Virus record (IMG/VR): IMGVR_UViG_3300022933_000006
Coordinates: 574-64,573 of that record
Reading direction: 5' to 3' (one strand)
From: a virus
Lineage: Duplodnaviria; Caudoviricetes
DNA: 64,000 nucleotides
The notes beneath the pieces are model-generated. The model saw only the letters and a list, made by a program, of their open reading frames with translations. It was not told the origin of the DNA and searched no databases. This document shows, piece by piece, positions 20,150-29,977 of this stretch; the stretch's first letter is position 1; every line of letters starts with the position of its first letter. The position numbers were made by a program, and so were the translations under genes.

Positions 20150-21157
20150 ATGTCTCATAGAGACTCACCAATTAAAAAGAATAATGAATTAAAAAAACCA
20201 ATGGATCTTATGAATATAGGATTTGTTGGAGCTGCTGGTGGTGGTGGATTTGAAGCTGGTGATGGATCAGATGGTGCTTTAACTGTTTCAAGTGAAACTA
20301 CAATAACAGGAAATAAACAATATACCGACCTTACAATTAATGCAGGTCAAGTTTTACAAATAGGTTCAGATGGGGGTGAAAATACATCAATCATTTGTGT
20401 TAGTGGTACACTTACAGTAAATGGAACGATTAATGGCAAAGCTAAAGGTAGAGGAACACCTGCTGGTGGATCTGGTGGATCTGGTGGAGCAGGTGGTGCT
20501 GGTGCAGATGGTCTATTTGGAGCTGCTGGTAATGGAGCTTACGGATCTGCTGGTAGTGGTGGTGGAGCTGGAAGTGCTGGTCAAAATCAATCTAATATTA
20601 ATAATTTAGCTTCTGCTGTATCACCTAATTTAGATGTTACAGGGTGGGCAACTGACTCAAGATGGGGTAATGTTACTAATCCAACAACATTAACACAAGA
20701 ATGGACTAGGTATCAAAATTATGGTGCTTCTGCTAGTGGTGGTCAAGGTGGCACAGGTGGTCGAGGTGGAAGTGCCGCAAATAATAAAGTAGGTGGTACA
20801 GGTGGTACAGGTGGAGCAGGTGGTACAGGTGGTGCTGGTGGAGCTTCGATTTGGATATTGGCAACTAATATTGTATTTGGTAATTCAGGATTAATTACAT
20901 CAGAAGGTGGAGATGGAAGTGCTGGAAGTGCTGGAGGTGCTGGACAAGCAGGAAATTGTCCATATTTCCACTCATACCATCAGGGTGCAACAGGTTCATC
21001 TGGTGGATCAGGAAGTCAAGGGTATGGTGGCAATGGTGGATTTATTGCATTAAGATATGAATCAATGACAAATTACACAAGTCCAAGAGTTTCGGTGGCA
21101 GGTGGATTAGGTTCAAGTACAGGAAGAACAGGATATTTTGTTAATTCATCTGCATAA
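20150..21157 (+). CDS. Glycine-rich fibre tip protein
   Basis: GDGSDGALTV...GGxGG repeats, related to 10290..11771. Confidence 0.55.
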   Translation: MSHRDSPIKKNNELKKPMDLMNIGFVGAAGGGGFEAGDGSDGALTVSSETTITGNKQYTDLTINAGQVLQIGSDGGENTSIICVSGTLTVNGTINGKAKGRGTPAGGSGGSGGAGGAGADGLFGAAGNGAYGSAGSGGGAGSAGQNQSNINNLASAVSPNLDVTGWATDSRWGNVTNPTTLTQEWTRYQNYGASASGGQGGTGGRGGSAANNKVGGTGGTGGAGGTGGAGGASIWILATNIVFGNSGLITSEGGDGSAGSAGGAGQAGNCPYFHSYHQGATGSSGGSGSQGYGGNGGFIALRYESMTNYTSPRVSVAGGLGSSTGRTGYFVNSSA

Positions 21158-21210
21158 TATGAATAAAATGTCGAAGTATATTTAAATAATATTAAATTTA
21201 ATACATATAA

Positions 21211-22818
21211 ATGGCAAAAATAGCAGCAGTATTTCAGGACAATGTGTTCCAAGATAATGCATTTCAAGATAATGAGTGGGGTCTATCACCATTTCAAAAA
21301 TCAGTATTTCAAGGCAGGGCTGTAAGAAAAGCATTTCAGGCTGACCTGTTTCAACTAACAGTATTTCAAGAAGACTTTGACTATTCACAATATTATTTGT
21401 TTCAAGGAACTGTATTTCAATTAAGTGGATTATTCCAAGAGAAAAAAGATCATGGATTTACGTTTGATGTACCAGATATAATTAACTTGGTAAAGATATT
21501 AAACGAAACACTTCAGTCATCTGAGACATTATTAAGAAGAAAAGATACTGTATTAACAATCAATGAAAGTGAATCCATTGCAGAGTTTGATGGATTAATA
21601 AGAGCAATACTATTGGCAATCAATGAAGTTTTACAGTCATCTGAGACAGAGAATCATAATATGACTATGTTTAGAACTGTTACAGAGTCACTTGCATTAA
21701 ACGAATCAAGTAATAGAATTAAAGACATGGCTAGAATGATCAATGAATCTGAAAGTCTTGGTGAAGGAATAAACAGAATAAAGAATATACTAAGAATGAT
21801 TACAGAGACAGAAAGTTTGGCAGAAGCAAAAACCATATTCAGAGGTTTGTCAATAAGCATAAACGAAACAGAACAATCATCTGAGACCTTCAACAGGTTA
21901 ATGAATATTGTTAAGTTATTTAATGAGACATTACAGGAGACAGAATCCAATAACAAGTATAGGGATATGACCAGAAAATTAGACGAGACTGTACAAGAGA
22001 CAGAAAATGTCGGAAGACTTGGTGTATTATCCAGAGTTATATCTGATACGTTATCACTCAATGAATCACTTCTCAATCCAAAGGTCATGTATAGAACATT
22101 GAATGAGACATTATCTGTTGCAGAATTTGATGGTAATGTCAGAAGTATGTTTAGAACAATAAACGAAGTACTACGTTTGAGTGAATCTGTTTCACGCATT
22201 AAGGGAGCTATAAGACCTATTAATGAGACTATACAAGCATCTGAAATAATTAATAGATTTAAGAGTATAACTTTGTTATTCTCATCATCAATTAGTTTGT
22301 CAGAAACACGTTCATCACCAAGAACAATGTTTAGAATAAACAATGATAGTTTAAGTCTTAGTGAAATTAAAAACAGATTACAAAATCAAAGTAGATATAT
22401 AAATGAATCATTGTCAATATCAGAAGCAAAGAATAGGTTACAAAATATGGCAAGATATGTCAATGAATCATTGTCAATAGTAGAATTTGATGGTGGAAGA
22501 TTTGCTAGAGATTTGGTACGATTGATAACTGAATCATTGTCAATATCAGAAGGATTATCAAAGACACTTATCTTAGTCAAATATATTACTGAATCTGTAT
22601 CAGTAGTAGAATTTGAAGGTAAATATAGAAACCTTCTAAGAATAATCAACGAATCATTGCGTATAAGTGAGATTGCACAGAAAATTAGATGGGCAGTAGT
22701 CAGAGTGGTAAGAACACATTCTGTTTCAAGCACTACTAATAACGCCAAACTAAGTTTGAATGAAACAGATGTCGGTGTAGCAGATACTGAAGGTACTACA
22801 AAAGGAGATAGCCGATAA
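21211..22818 (+). CDS. Repeat-built virion protein (FQ repeats plus about 20 x 20-aa repeats)
   Basis: N-terminal xFQxx repeats, then 20 consecutive [NT]E[ST]LxxxE units. Confidence 0.6.
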   Translation: MAKIAAVFQDNVFQDNAFQDNEWGLSPFQKSVFQGRAVRKAFQADLFQLTVFQEDFDYSQYYLFQGTVFQLSGLFQEKKDHGFTFDVPDIINLVKILNETLQSSETLLRRKDTVLTINESESIAEFDGLIRAILLAINEVLQSSETENHNMTMFRTVTESLALNESSNRIKDMARMINESESLGEGINRIKNILRMITETESLAEAKTIFRGLSISINETEQSSETFNRLMNIVKLFNETLQETESNNKYRDMTRKLDETVQETENVGRLGVLSRVISDTLSLNESLLNPKVMYRTLNETLSVAEFDGNVRSMFRTINEVLRLSESVSRIKGAIRPINETIQASEIINRFKSITLLFSSSISLSETRSSPRTMFRINNDSLSLSEIKNRLQNQSRYINESLSISEAKNRLQNMARYVNESLSIVEFDGGRFARDLVRLITESLSISEGLSKTLILVKYITESVSVVEFEGKYRNLLRIINESLRISEIAQKIRWAVVRVVRTHSVSSTTNNAKLSLNETDVGVADTEGTTKGDSR

Positions 22819-22849
22819 CTATTTAAATAATAAAGGTTAGATTTATAAC

Positions 22850-23203
22850 ATGTCCATGAACTTAAAAGGTAGAAATATTGAATATCTTGTAAAAGTTGGT
22901 GCTCGATCACAAATGGTAATAAATATTACTGATTCTGTAGGAACTGCCAAAAGTTTGACAGATACCGACACATATTCAACAGCAAAATGGAAGGTATGGC
23001 AGCCAGATGGAACACTTATTATTAATGGTACAGCAACATATTCTAACAGATCAACAGGTGAAGTATCGTATATATTACAAGCAAGTGATACAGTTATAGC
23101 AAATGCAGGTATCTGGGAAGGAGAAGTTGAATTATATAATGCAAGTGGTATTATGACAGAGCAATCAGAAACTTTTAATTTTACTATTGAGGAGAGTTAC
23201 TAA
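22850..23203 (+). CDS. Putative virion Ig-like / BppU-N-like protein
   Basis: GEVSYILQASDT...AGIWEGEVEL pattern typical of BppU N-terminal-like domains. Confidence 0.5.
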   Translation: MSMNLKGRNIEYLVKVGARSQMVINITDSVGTAKSLTDTDTYSTAKWKVWQPDGTLIINGTATYSNRSTGEVSYILQASDTVIANAGIWEGEVELYNASGIMTEQSETFNFTIEESY

Positions 23204-23364
23204 TGGGGTCTATAAAGATTTTAGTAGGTGGAAAATGTCAGTATTGTGGACATCCTCAACAAACACATGAGGAAAATACTGGATGCACATATCCAATTCC
23301 TGAGACTGGAGAAGCAGAATCTGGTGACGGTGTTTGTGGTTGTGACAGAATAGGTTCATACTAA
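23203..23364 (+). CDS. Small zinc-finger protein (53 aa, not in ORF track)
   Basis: CQYCGH...H...C...CGC; TAATG overlap with the previous gene. Confidence 0.55.
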   Translation: MGSIKILVGGKCQYCGHPQQTHEENTGCTYPIPETGEAESGDGVCGCDRIGSY

Positions 23365-23396
23365 ACATATAAATATACCCTTCTATTATAAATCAT

Positions 23397-24161
23397 ATGT
23401 TAAAAATTGATGATGTGAATGAGGAAATTTATTTTCAATTTAGACGAGCCCAAATGGAAGCTATGGCAACCGAAAGATTGGGTGTAATACATGTCAGTGA
23501 TATTATCAAACCATGTATGCGTAATGTAATTTATGGTAAGGTTTTACCTAGAACTGGAATGAATACTGAAAGTACAAAATCATTATACTTTGGTCAGGTA
23601 GTTCATAGCAACTCACAGTTGGCAAAAGATGAACACCATGAGATGTTTCTTGCATATGACTATGTAAGAGATGAAGCATTGACCTACGAGGAATCTAAAA
23701 AAATACCATTAGATGATCCTAGACAGCTAGATATTATATATGGCAGTATAGACGACTTGATGAAAGTCGGTGATAAATGGGTGATTTGTGACAAAAAGAC
23801 GACAGGAAGCATTGATTATTTTTCAAAGGCAACAAGCAAGGCAAGTGATTCTCACAAGGATCAGATCAACAGATACCGTGTACTGTTAAAAAAATGCTAT
23901 GACATTGATGCTGACTTTGGTTGTGTAATATACATTTCAAATAGAATTGAAAAAGATAAGAGAGACAAGCCAGTTACAATATCCTTCAAGTTAAAACCAG
24001 TAGAAGAAACTCTAATTGATATGATTGAAAGGTCAAATAATATCAAAGACTCTCTGACTAACAAAACATTACCAGAAAGAACCAAGTGTTTCCTTTGCGA
24101 TGGCATGTGTGACTATGCTAGTATGTGTTTTGAAGATAATAGAGCCAGTTTTGAAAATTAA
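23397..24161 (+). CDS. Cas4-family PD-(D/E)XK exonuclease with Fe-S cysteines (stand-alone)
   Basis: N-terminal Cys (KPCMR), GQVVH, GSIDD, ICDKKT, QINRY, C-terminal CFLC..MC.....C. Confidence 0.8.
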   Translation: MLKIDDVNEEIYFQFRRAQMEAMATERLGVIHVSDIIKPCMRNVIYGKVLPRTGMNTESTKSLYFGQVVHSNSQLAKDEHHEMFLAYDYVRDEALTYEESKKIPLDDPRQLDIIYGSIDDLMKVGDKWVICDKKTTGSIDYFSKATSKASDSHKDQINRYRVLLKKCYDIDADFGCVIYISNRIEKDKRDKPVTISFKLKPVEETLIDMIERSNNIKDSLTNKTLPERTKCFLCDGMCDYASMCFEDNRASFEN

Positions 24162-24198
24162 AAAAACTTTATAAACAAGTTAAAAAAACTGTTATATA

Positions 24199-24720
24199 AT
24201 GGATAAAAATGACGATATTTTCAAGATAAAGCCTGTTGGTAATACCGATATAGTCGTGGAAGACAAGAGAAAAACCATATCTCCGTTCAATAGTGCCAAG
24301 CATTTCAAGGAAGCAAACATACCAGCCTTATGTGATCAATGTGTCTACAAGTCAGTTGAAGAAGGTGGAAATGGAAAATGTCCTAAATATGAGAAAGGAG
24401 CAGTTTGTGGTATTCGCAAAGATTTCATTAGTTTCATAAATGAGTTAGATACTAGAAATCCAGAAGACCTTAAAGGAATGATAGACATGGTTGCAAAACT
24501 TACATTTGAAAATGTACTTATGACTTTGACTCAAGCCAAGTTTGACGGTAACGTACCAGATAGAAACAGTAAGAGTGAAATCAATACGTTGCTAAATATT
24601 GTAAAGTCCATGAATGATCTTAATAGTAAAATTACAATTACTGAGAAAAAAGAGTTTTCAAAAGAGGGTGACATTGAAAGCATATTCCGACAGATAAAGG
24701 CACAGAAAAAAGATGGCTAG
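24199..24720 (+). CDS. Putative terminase small subunit with Cys4 zinc site
   Basis: Overlaps the large terminase start; CDQC...C...C, then a helical C-terminus. Confidence 0.5.
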   Translation: MDKNDDIFKIKPVGNTDIVVEDKRKTISPFNSAKHFKEANIPALCDQCVYKSVEEGGNGKCPKYEKGAVCGIRKDFISFINELDTRNPEDLKGMIDMVAKLTFENVLMTLTQAKFDGNVPDRNSKSEINTLLNIVKSMNDLNSKITITEKKEFSKEGDIESIFRQIKAQKKDG

Positions 24721-26095
24721 ACCGACCAAGGAGGAAACTCAGGAAAGAATAAACTTTATGCAGTCTATAGCAGATTGTGCAAAATCCCCTAGCAAATTCA
24801 GTGACATATTTTTAGGTCACAAGTTATTTGACTATAATGTAAAGTATGTTGACTGTCAGGACAGATTCATAGTGTATAGAAGTGGAAGACAGGTGGGTAA
24901 AACCATGTCAACTGCTGCCAAGGCAGTACACTTTGCGTTCTTTGCACCGTTAATGCTAAAGACAGTAAAGCATGAATGTACGATAGTTATTGCAGCCCCT
25001 ACACAAAATCAGGCAACCATCATGTTTGACAGAATCAGAAGTTTGGTTATCAACAGTTCATTTCTCAAAGGCTACATAGTAAGAAACACACAGTCAGAAC
25101 TCTGGGTAAGGTTCCTAGACAACAACGGAATGACCAAGATTATTACAAGGGCAACAGGTGAAACTGGTGTCGGACTGAGAGGTTATTCTCCACACGTTAT
25201 TATCGCTGACGAATGTTCTTTTATTAAGACAGATATACTCAGAGCCTTCCTACCTTCTGGTATGGCTACACAGGCAAAGGTATGGCTTACGTCAACACCT
25301 TTCTCCAAATCAGGTTATTTCTATGAAGCGTGTATGAACAGCAAACCTAGAAATCCAGAGGGAATGTGGACAGAGTTCCATGTAAAATCCATGATGAACC
25401 CACTTATTGCAGAAGATCCTGTGTTTATTGAGGAAATTAAGAGACTTACCAAAGAGGAATATGTCCAAGAGGTAGAGGGTGAGTTCCTAGATATTGGTGA
25501 TGCACTTATACCAAACTCATTAATTATGGAAGCACTTTCTGATGGACATCCAAAAGGCAGAGTCAGATACTATATGGGCGTGGATGTGGCAAGAACTGGT
25601 CGTGATGAGACTGTATTTACGATAGTAGGAGTAGATGAGGAAGATACCGTATTTGTAGAAGATGTTTATGCCGAATCTCAAAGTAATGTGGTAGATGTGG
25701 CAGGTAGAATTGCTGACTTTGTGCAACAGTTCAGATTAGAGACAGTTTACATAGACGAGACAGGTCTAGGTGGTGGACTTGTAGACTTGTGCAGGGAAAG
25801 AGATGTTCCTACAAGGGGTGTAATGTTCTCACTACAGGAAAAGGCAGATATGTACAAGAATCTCAGGTTACTGTTTGAAAATCACAAGATAAAGTTAAAG
25901 AATATAAACAAAATGGTATATCAACTGTCATATCTTAGAAGGGAATATACTGAAAGTGGTATCATGAAGATCAAGTCATTTGAACATGACGACTATCCTG
26001 ACAGTCTTGTACTTGCATGTAGGGCAGTTAATACAGGAGAAGGATGGCACGTTATGAGTATGGGTAAGGCTCTAAAAGAGTCTCTGTTCGGGTAA
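24713..26095 (+). CDS. terL: Terminase large subunit
   Basis: Walker A SGRQVGKT, APTQNQA, GLRG, Walker B IIADE, LTSTP; nuclease motifs GVDVA, IDETGLG, HDDYPDS. Confidence 0.95.
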   Translation: MARPTKEETQERINFMQSIADCAKSPSKFSDIFLGHKLFDYNVKYVDCQDRFIVYRSGRQVGKTMSTAAKAVHFAFFAPLMLKTVKHECTIVIAAPTQNQATIMFDRIRSLVINSSFLKGYIVRNTQSELWVRFLDNNGMTKIITRATGETGVGLRGYSPHVIIADECSFIKTDILRAFLPSGMATQAKVWLTSTPFSKSGYFYEACMNSKPRNPEGMWTEFHVKSMMNPLIAEDPVFIEEIKRLTKEEYVQEVEGEFLDIGDALIPNSLIMEALSDGHPKGRVRYYMGVDVARTGRDETVFTIVGVDEEDTVFVEDVYAESQSNVVDVAGRIADFVQQFRLETVYIDETGLGGGLVDLCRERDVPTRGVMFSLQEKADMYKNLRLLFENHKIKLKNINKMVYQLSYLRREYTESGIMKIKSFEHDDYPDSLVLACRAVNTGEGWHVMSMGKALKESLFG

Positions 26096-26125
26096 CTTTA
26101 TATAATAATAGGTAGTGGTTTATAT

Positions 26126-27334
26126 ATGGAATGGCAAGATTGGTTAGAAAAAGGTAAAGAAAAAAAGAAAAAACCAACAACAATGTTTCCTAGAATTATA
26201 CGAGAATTTCCTGATGAAAAAGATGAAGATCCAATGATTTACAGTAAAAATGCAGCATGGGAATCATGGTTAGAAAAGAACAATGCCATAGAAACATCTC
26301 ACAAAGAGGGTGAGAAGAAGGAAGAATGGAATGGTAAATTTGATAATTCTACTACTAGAGATGATGCAGAAAATGACGATGATAAGGCTATTGGTGAGGA
26401 AGAATCACTAGAGGAATTGACTGACGGTAAACTGGAAGAAGTAGAGAAATTAAAGGCATGGGAAATATTTTTAGATAAAACAAATAATGCAACACTTAAT
26501 TACAGGCACTATAAACCAAGACATGATAAAAATGACAAAAAGATTTTAGACAATCATGGTACTAATTATGATGAATCTACATTTCATGGTCAACCCATTG
26601 AAGCTAGTGAAGAAAATAGAAATGAAGGAACTGGAAAATTAGATCAGGATAAGAGAAACTGGAACACAACTGAAGGTGAAAGAGGTGGTAGTAAAAAAAC
26701 ACCAACAGGTCAAAATATTTCACATGATGGTAGTGAATATAATGAAAATACAGGAGATTATAGTGCTACTCAATTTGGTACAGATAGAATATTAGCTAGA
26801 TTTAAAGAAGAAGATCGAGTTGCTAAACTAAAACCAAAAAAACCAAGTAGTCCAAATGCTGTAAATCCAAACCAGCCACAATCAAAAGATGATTATGCAC
26901 TACATGATACAGAAGATGTAGGTAAAAAAATAACAGCAGGTATGGAATCATTAAAATCATGGGAATTATTCCTAGAAAAAGGTCTTAAATTCCACAATCC
27001 TGATACTAAAAGACATAAAAGAGGTATGGATCCAAAAGGTTTACCTATAGGAACACCTGATACTGTAGAAGGAATAGAAGCCGAAGCAAAAGAAGCATTA
27101 GAAAAACCTAAAAATGTATTACGATCATGGGAAGGATGGTTAGATAAAATGCAAGGAGCAGGAGATGCTAGATATGGCAATCAACACTTAACAGGAATGG
27201 AACAGAAACCAGTAGCAGATGATGAATCTATCGATTTATCGGCAGAAAGTGAAGAAAACAACGAAAAACAAGAGAAAACTGAGGATAAGGAAGACAAAGA
27301 TAATAAACCTTATAAAGCATTAAGTCAGGAGTAA
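26126..27334 (+). CDS. Low-complexity charged protein with five W-x-x-[WF]-L-[ED]-K motifs; putative internal head (poly)protein
   Basis: WQDWLEK, WESWLEK, WEIFLDK, WELFLEK and WEGWLDK separate unrelated hydrophilic segments. Confidence 0.55.
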   Translation: MEWQDWLEKGKEKKKKPTTMFPRIIREFPDEKDEDPMIYSKNAAWESWLEKNNAIETSHKEGEKKEEWNGKFDNSTTRDDAENDDDKAIGEEESLEELTDGKLEEVEKLKAWEIFLDKTNNATLNYRHYKPRHDKNDKKILDNHGTNYDESTFHGQPIEASEENRNEGTGKLDQDKRNWNTTEGERGGSKKTPTGQNISHDGSEYNENTGDYSATQFGTDRILARFKEEDRVAKLKPKKPSSPNAVNPNQPQSKDDYALHDTEDVGKKITAGMESLKSWELFLEKGLKFHNPDTKRHKRGMDPKGLPIGTPDTVEGIEAEAKEALEKPKNVLRSWEGWLDKMQGAGDARYGNQHLTGMEQKPVADDESIDLSAESEENNEKQEKTEDKEDKDNKPYKALSQE

Positions 27335-27338
27335 TGAT

Positions 27339-28235
27339 ATGGAAGACTTGAACAAAATTACTTCAACTAGAGTCGGAGACAGCATTCATTTCTTTGTAAA
27401 CGGTGCAGAAGATAGTGGCACAGTAGTCAAAATGGACACAAGTTATGTTACAGTTGTAAAAAGAGATGGCAACTTCCAAGATATTCACATTAACGACACA
27501 TTTTTCATTAAAGATATACTAGTAAACAAGTCATGGAATGATATGACTATGGAAGAAAGAACCGTAGAATTACACAAAGTCCACGCCTACAGTCCTAGAT
27601 TCCTAGCAAAAGCATGGAAAGAACTTCCACAATCACTTAAAGATGTAATGAAATCCAACGTAGAACAAGGACACCTTGGTGGTGGTGGCAGAAGTAGCCA
27701 AGTAGTTGAAACCAATACTGATTTTGATGCACCTGACGATTATGAAGGACAAACTGAAGATGAAAAGAAAGAACAATTTAAACATGAAGATAAAAAACCT
27801 CAAACTACTGACAAATCAACTAGAGCAGCAAGAGGTGGAAATATGAATTCTGGAACAACATTAAGACCTAGTGACATAGAAGATTTAAAAAATTTAGATG
27901 GAAGTAACAATACACAAGCAACACCTACATCTGAGACAAAATATTTTGGTGCTAATGGTAAAAGAATAACAAGAGAAGAACATGAAAAAACAAAAACATA
28001 TGGATCAATGCAAGAACAATTATGGGAACAATGGTTAGATAAAGACGGTGGCATGGGTGGTGGAAGTCCTCCAGCATCAACATCAAGCAACAATTCTGCT
28101 CAAACAAATGATTCAGGTGTATATAATCCAGTCTACGGTGAAAAAGGAAGACACGGTGGACAGGGTAAAGACAAGGAAGAAGAAACTGAAAAAGACAAAG
28201 AAGAAGATAAAGACGATAAAGATAAACAGCAATGA
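27339..28235 (+). CDS. Protein with SH3/KOW-like N-terminus and disordered tail carrying WEQWLDK; putative internal head protein
   Basis: RVGDSIHF...GTVVKM...VTVV small beta-barrel pattern; KSW/KAW motifs; acidic C-terminus. Confidence 0.5.
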   Translation: MEDLNKITSTRVGDSIHFFVNGAEDSGTVVKMDTSYVTVVKRDGNFQDIHINDTFFIKDILVNKSWNDMTMEERTVELHKVHAYSPRFLAKAWKELPQSLKDVMKSNVEQGHLGGGGRSSQVVETNTDFDAPDDYEGQTEDEKKEQFKHEDKKPQTTDKSTRAARGGNMNSGTTLRPSDIEDLKNLDGSNNTQATPTSETKYFGANGKRITREEHEKTKTYGSMQEQLWEQWLDKDGGMGGGSPPASTSSNNSAQTNDSGVYNPVYGEKGRHGGQGKDKEEETEKDKEEDKDDKDKQQ

Positions 28236-29356
28236 CCGTTGGTAAACCAAATTTTAATTTGAACAGTTTTGGTGTAAAGTACTTATCCAAAGATGAAGTA
28301 CAAGAATTTTTAGAAAAAGAAACTAAAGTATATAATTATGAACCACCTACTGGACAAGATCAAGCAGCATTAAGAACTGAAAGAGCAAAAAAACCAAAAG
28401 GAACATTACAAGCAAGTGAATCAGCAAAAAAGTTAATATCAGAAGTAAAACCAGCAGAAGCAACTCCAAAACCAAAAGTAACTAATAATACTGAATATAT
28501 TTTCAATGATCCAAGATATGGTGTTCCTGACACAAGAAAGCCACAAACAACAGGTCATGGTGAATCAGGTATTGTACCTCCAAATACTACAGCACTTGAC
28601 ACAAGAACTTCACGAGCTCTAGCAAGTGCTAATACAGGAAATGCTCCTGAAGAATTAACAGAAAGTGATGTTCGACCAAGTAAGCAAGGTAAAAGGACTG
28701 TTTCAGTAGGTGTAGGTCAAAAAGGAAAAGAAGTATTTGATAAAAAAGAAGGTGAAGGTGAAAAATATGAAAAACAATATGATTCAAAGGGGAAAAAAAT
28801 CTCTGCAAAAGCAAGAAAAGAAAAGTTACAAAAAGAGACTGAAGCAAAAGAAAAAAGAGAAAAACAAACAAAATTAAATCAAGCTTTACACAAATTAGAA
28901 GAACAAAAACAATATGATAAAAAAATTCCACAAAAAACAGGTAAGGGAGATAAAAGTCAAGATACTGAAGATTATAATCCTCAAGGAGATACTGAATCAA
29001 CTATTGAAACTGAAAGTGAAGAATCATTCAAAAAACGATCAAGAGAAAATGAAAGAAAAAGACAAGCAGATGCAGCAGAAAAGAAGAAAAAGAAAATAAC
29101 TGATAAGGAAAGAATGACAAATATAGTAGAAGGATATAGAGCAGAAAGAGGTTTAGGTAAATCAAATGACATTATTACAGAAATGAATATTATGAAATTA
29201 GACTTGATGAAAGATGCAACAGATGGTAAAGCACCACCACAAAAGAAACCAAGTAAACCTCTTTCAGGTAAAGCACCAAGTGACTTGGGTAAATCTGCTT
29301 CTGAAACAATATTCAAGGCAATATCACTAAAATTAGACTTAACAACCCTTAAATAA
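28232..29356 (+). CDS. Lys/Glu-rich disordered protein; putative internal head protein
   Basis: N-terminal VQEFLEK; two C-terminal LGKS...KLDL repeats. Confidence 0.5.
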   Translation: MTVGKPNFNLNSFGVKYLSKDEVQEFLEKETKVYNYEPPTGQDQAALRTERAKKPKGTLQASESAKKLISEVKPAEATPKPKVTNNTEYIFNDPRYGVPDTRKPQTTGHGESGIVPPNTTALDTRTSRALASANTGNAPEELTESDVRPSKQGKRTVSVGVGQKGKEVFDKKEGEGEKYEKQYDSKGKKISAKARKEKLQKETEAKEKREKQTKLNQALHKLEEQKQYDKKIPQKTGKGDKSQDTEDYNPQGDTESTIETESEESFKKRSRENERKRQADAAEKKKKKITDKERMTNIVEGYRAERGLGKSNDIITEMNIMKLDLMKDATDGKAPPQKKPSKPLSGKAPSDLGKSASETIFKAISLKLDLTTLK

Positions 29357-29377
29357 TACCTATATTAATCTTTTCTT

Positions 29378-29518
29378 ATGGTAAGACGAGACAGCGACCA
29401 TTATTGCATAGAGTGTAACGCCATACTTCCTTGGAGATATAAGGGCAGGCAACGTATTTATTGTAGTACTGCTTGTAGAAATGATTATACAAAGAGGAAA
29501 AAAGAAAATGAAGTATAA
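29378..29518 (+). CDS. Small zinc-finger protein (46 aa, not in ORF track)
   Basis: CIEC...RIYCSTAC. Confidence 0.6.
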   Translation: MVRRDSDHYCIECNAILPWRYKGRQRIYCSTACRNDYTKRKKENEV

Positions 29519-29612
29519 ATGCCCTAAATGTGATTTTACAGTAGAAGCTGATTATATAAAAACCGACATGTTTAAGAATATTTTTAACCATGAAAGATCT
29601 CATACTGATTGA
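29508..29612 (+). CDS. Small C2H2 zinc-finger protein (34 aa, not in ORF track)
   Basis: YKCPKCDF...NHERSH. Confidence 0.6.
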   Translation: MKYKCPKCDFTVEADYIKTDMFKNIFNHERSHTD

Positions 29613-29977
29613 TGATAAAAATATATGTTGACGGTGGAACAGTCGGTACTAGAATATGTCTAGTTGACAAACTTAAAGATAAAACTATTGTCAAAATAAG
29701 GGGGGTAAATCCAACAAACAATGAGTTAGAATATCTTGCACTCTTGTATGCATTGGAATATATCACAAACAATTACAAAAAAAGAAACATTACAATATAC
29801 AGCGACTCTATGCTCATAGTAAATCAGATAAACGGTAAGTGGAGAGTCACGACTCCAAAACTAATACCTTTGTGGAACAAATGTATGAAAATGGTAACAG
29901 ATAAAATAAAAGTAAAATGGATAAGTAGAGACTTTAACGAAGCTGGGTGGGTTCTTGATTCTTTGTTGGGTAAGTAG
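29609..29977 (+). CDS. rnhA: Ribonuclease HI-like protein
   Basis: YVDGG, TNNELEYLAL, IYSDSMLIVNQ, WISRDFN. Confidence 0.85.
   Translation: MMIKIYVDGGTVGTRICLVDKLKDKTIVKIRGVNPTNNELEYLALLYALEYITNNYKKRNITIYSDSMLIVNQINGKWRVTTPKLIPLWNKCMKMVTDKIKVKWISRDFNEAGWVLDSLLGK

Noticed and set aside
21654-22910. Long antisense ORFs (21654-22343, 22386-22910; likewise 8425-8742, 34642-35583, 43729-44214, 56957-57298)
   Set aside because: Shadows of well-supported genes on the opposite strand, with no motifs or promoters of their own.
23397-24161. Cas4-like gene as a sign of a CRISPR-Cas system
   Set aside because: No cas1/cas2 or effector genes and no repeat-spacer array seen; stand-alone Cas4-like nucleases are common in archaeal viruses.
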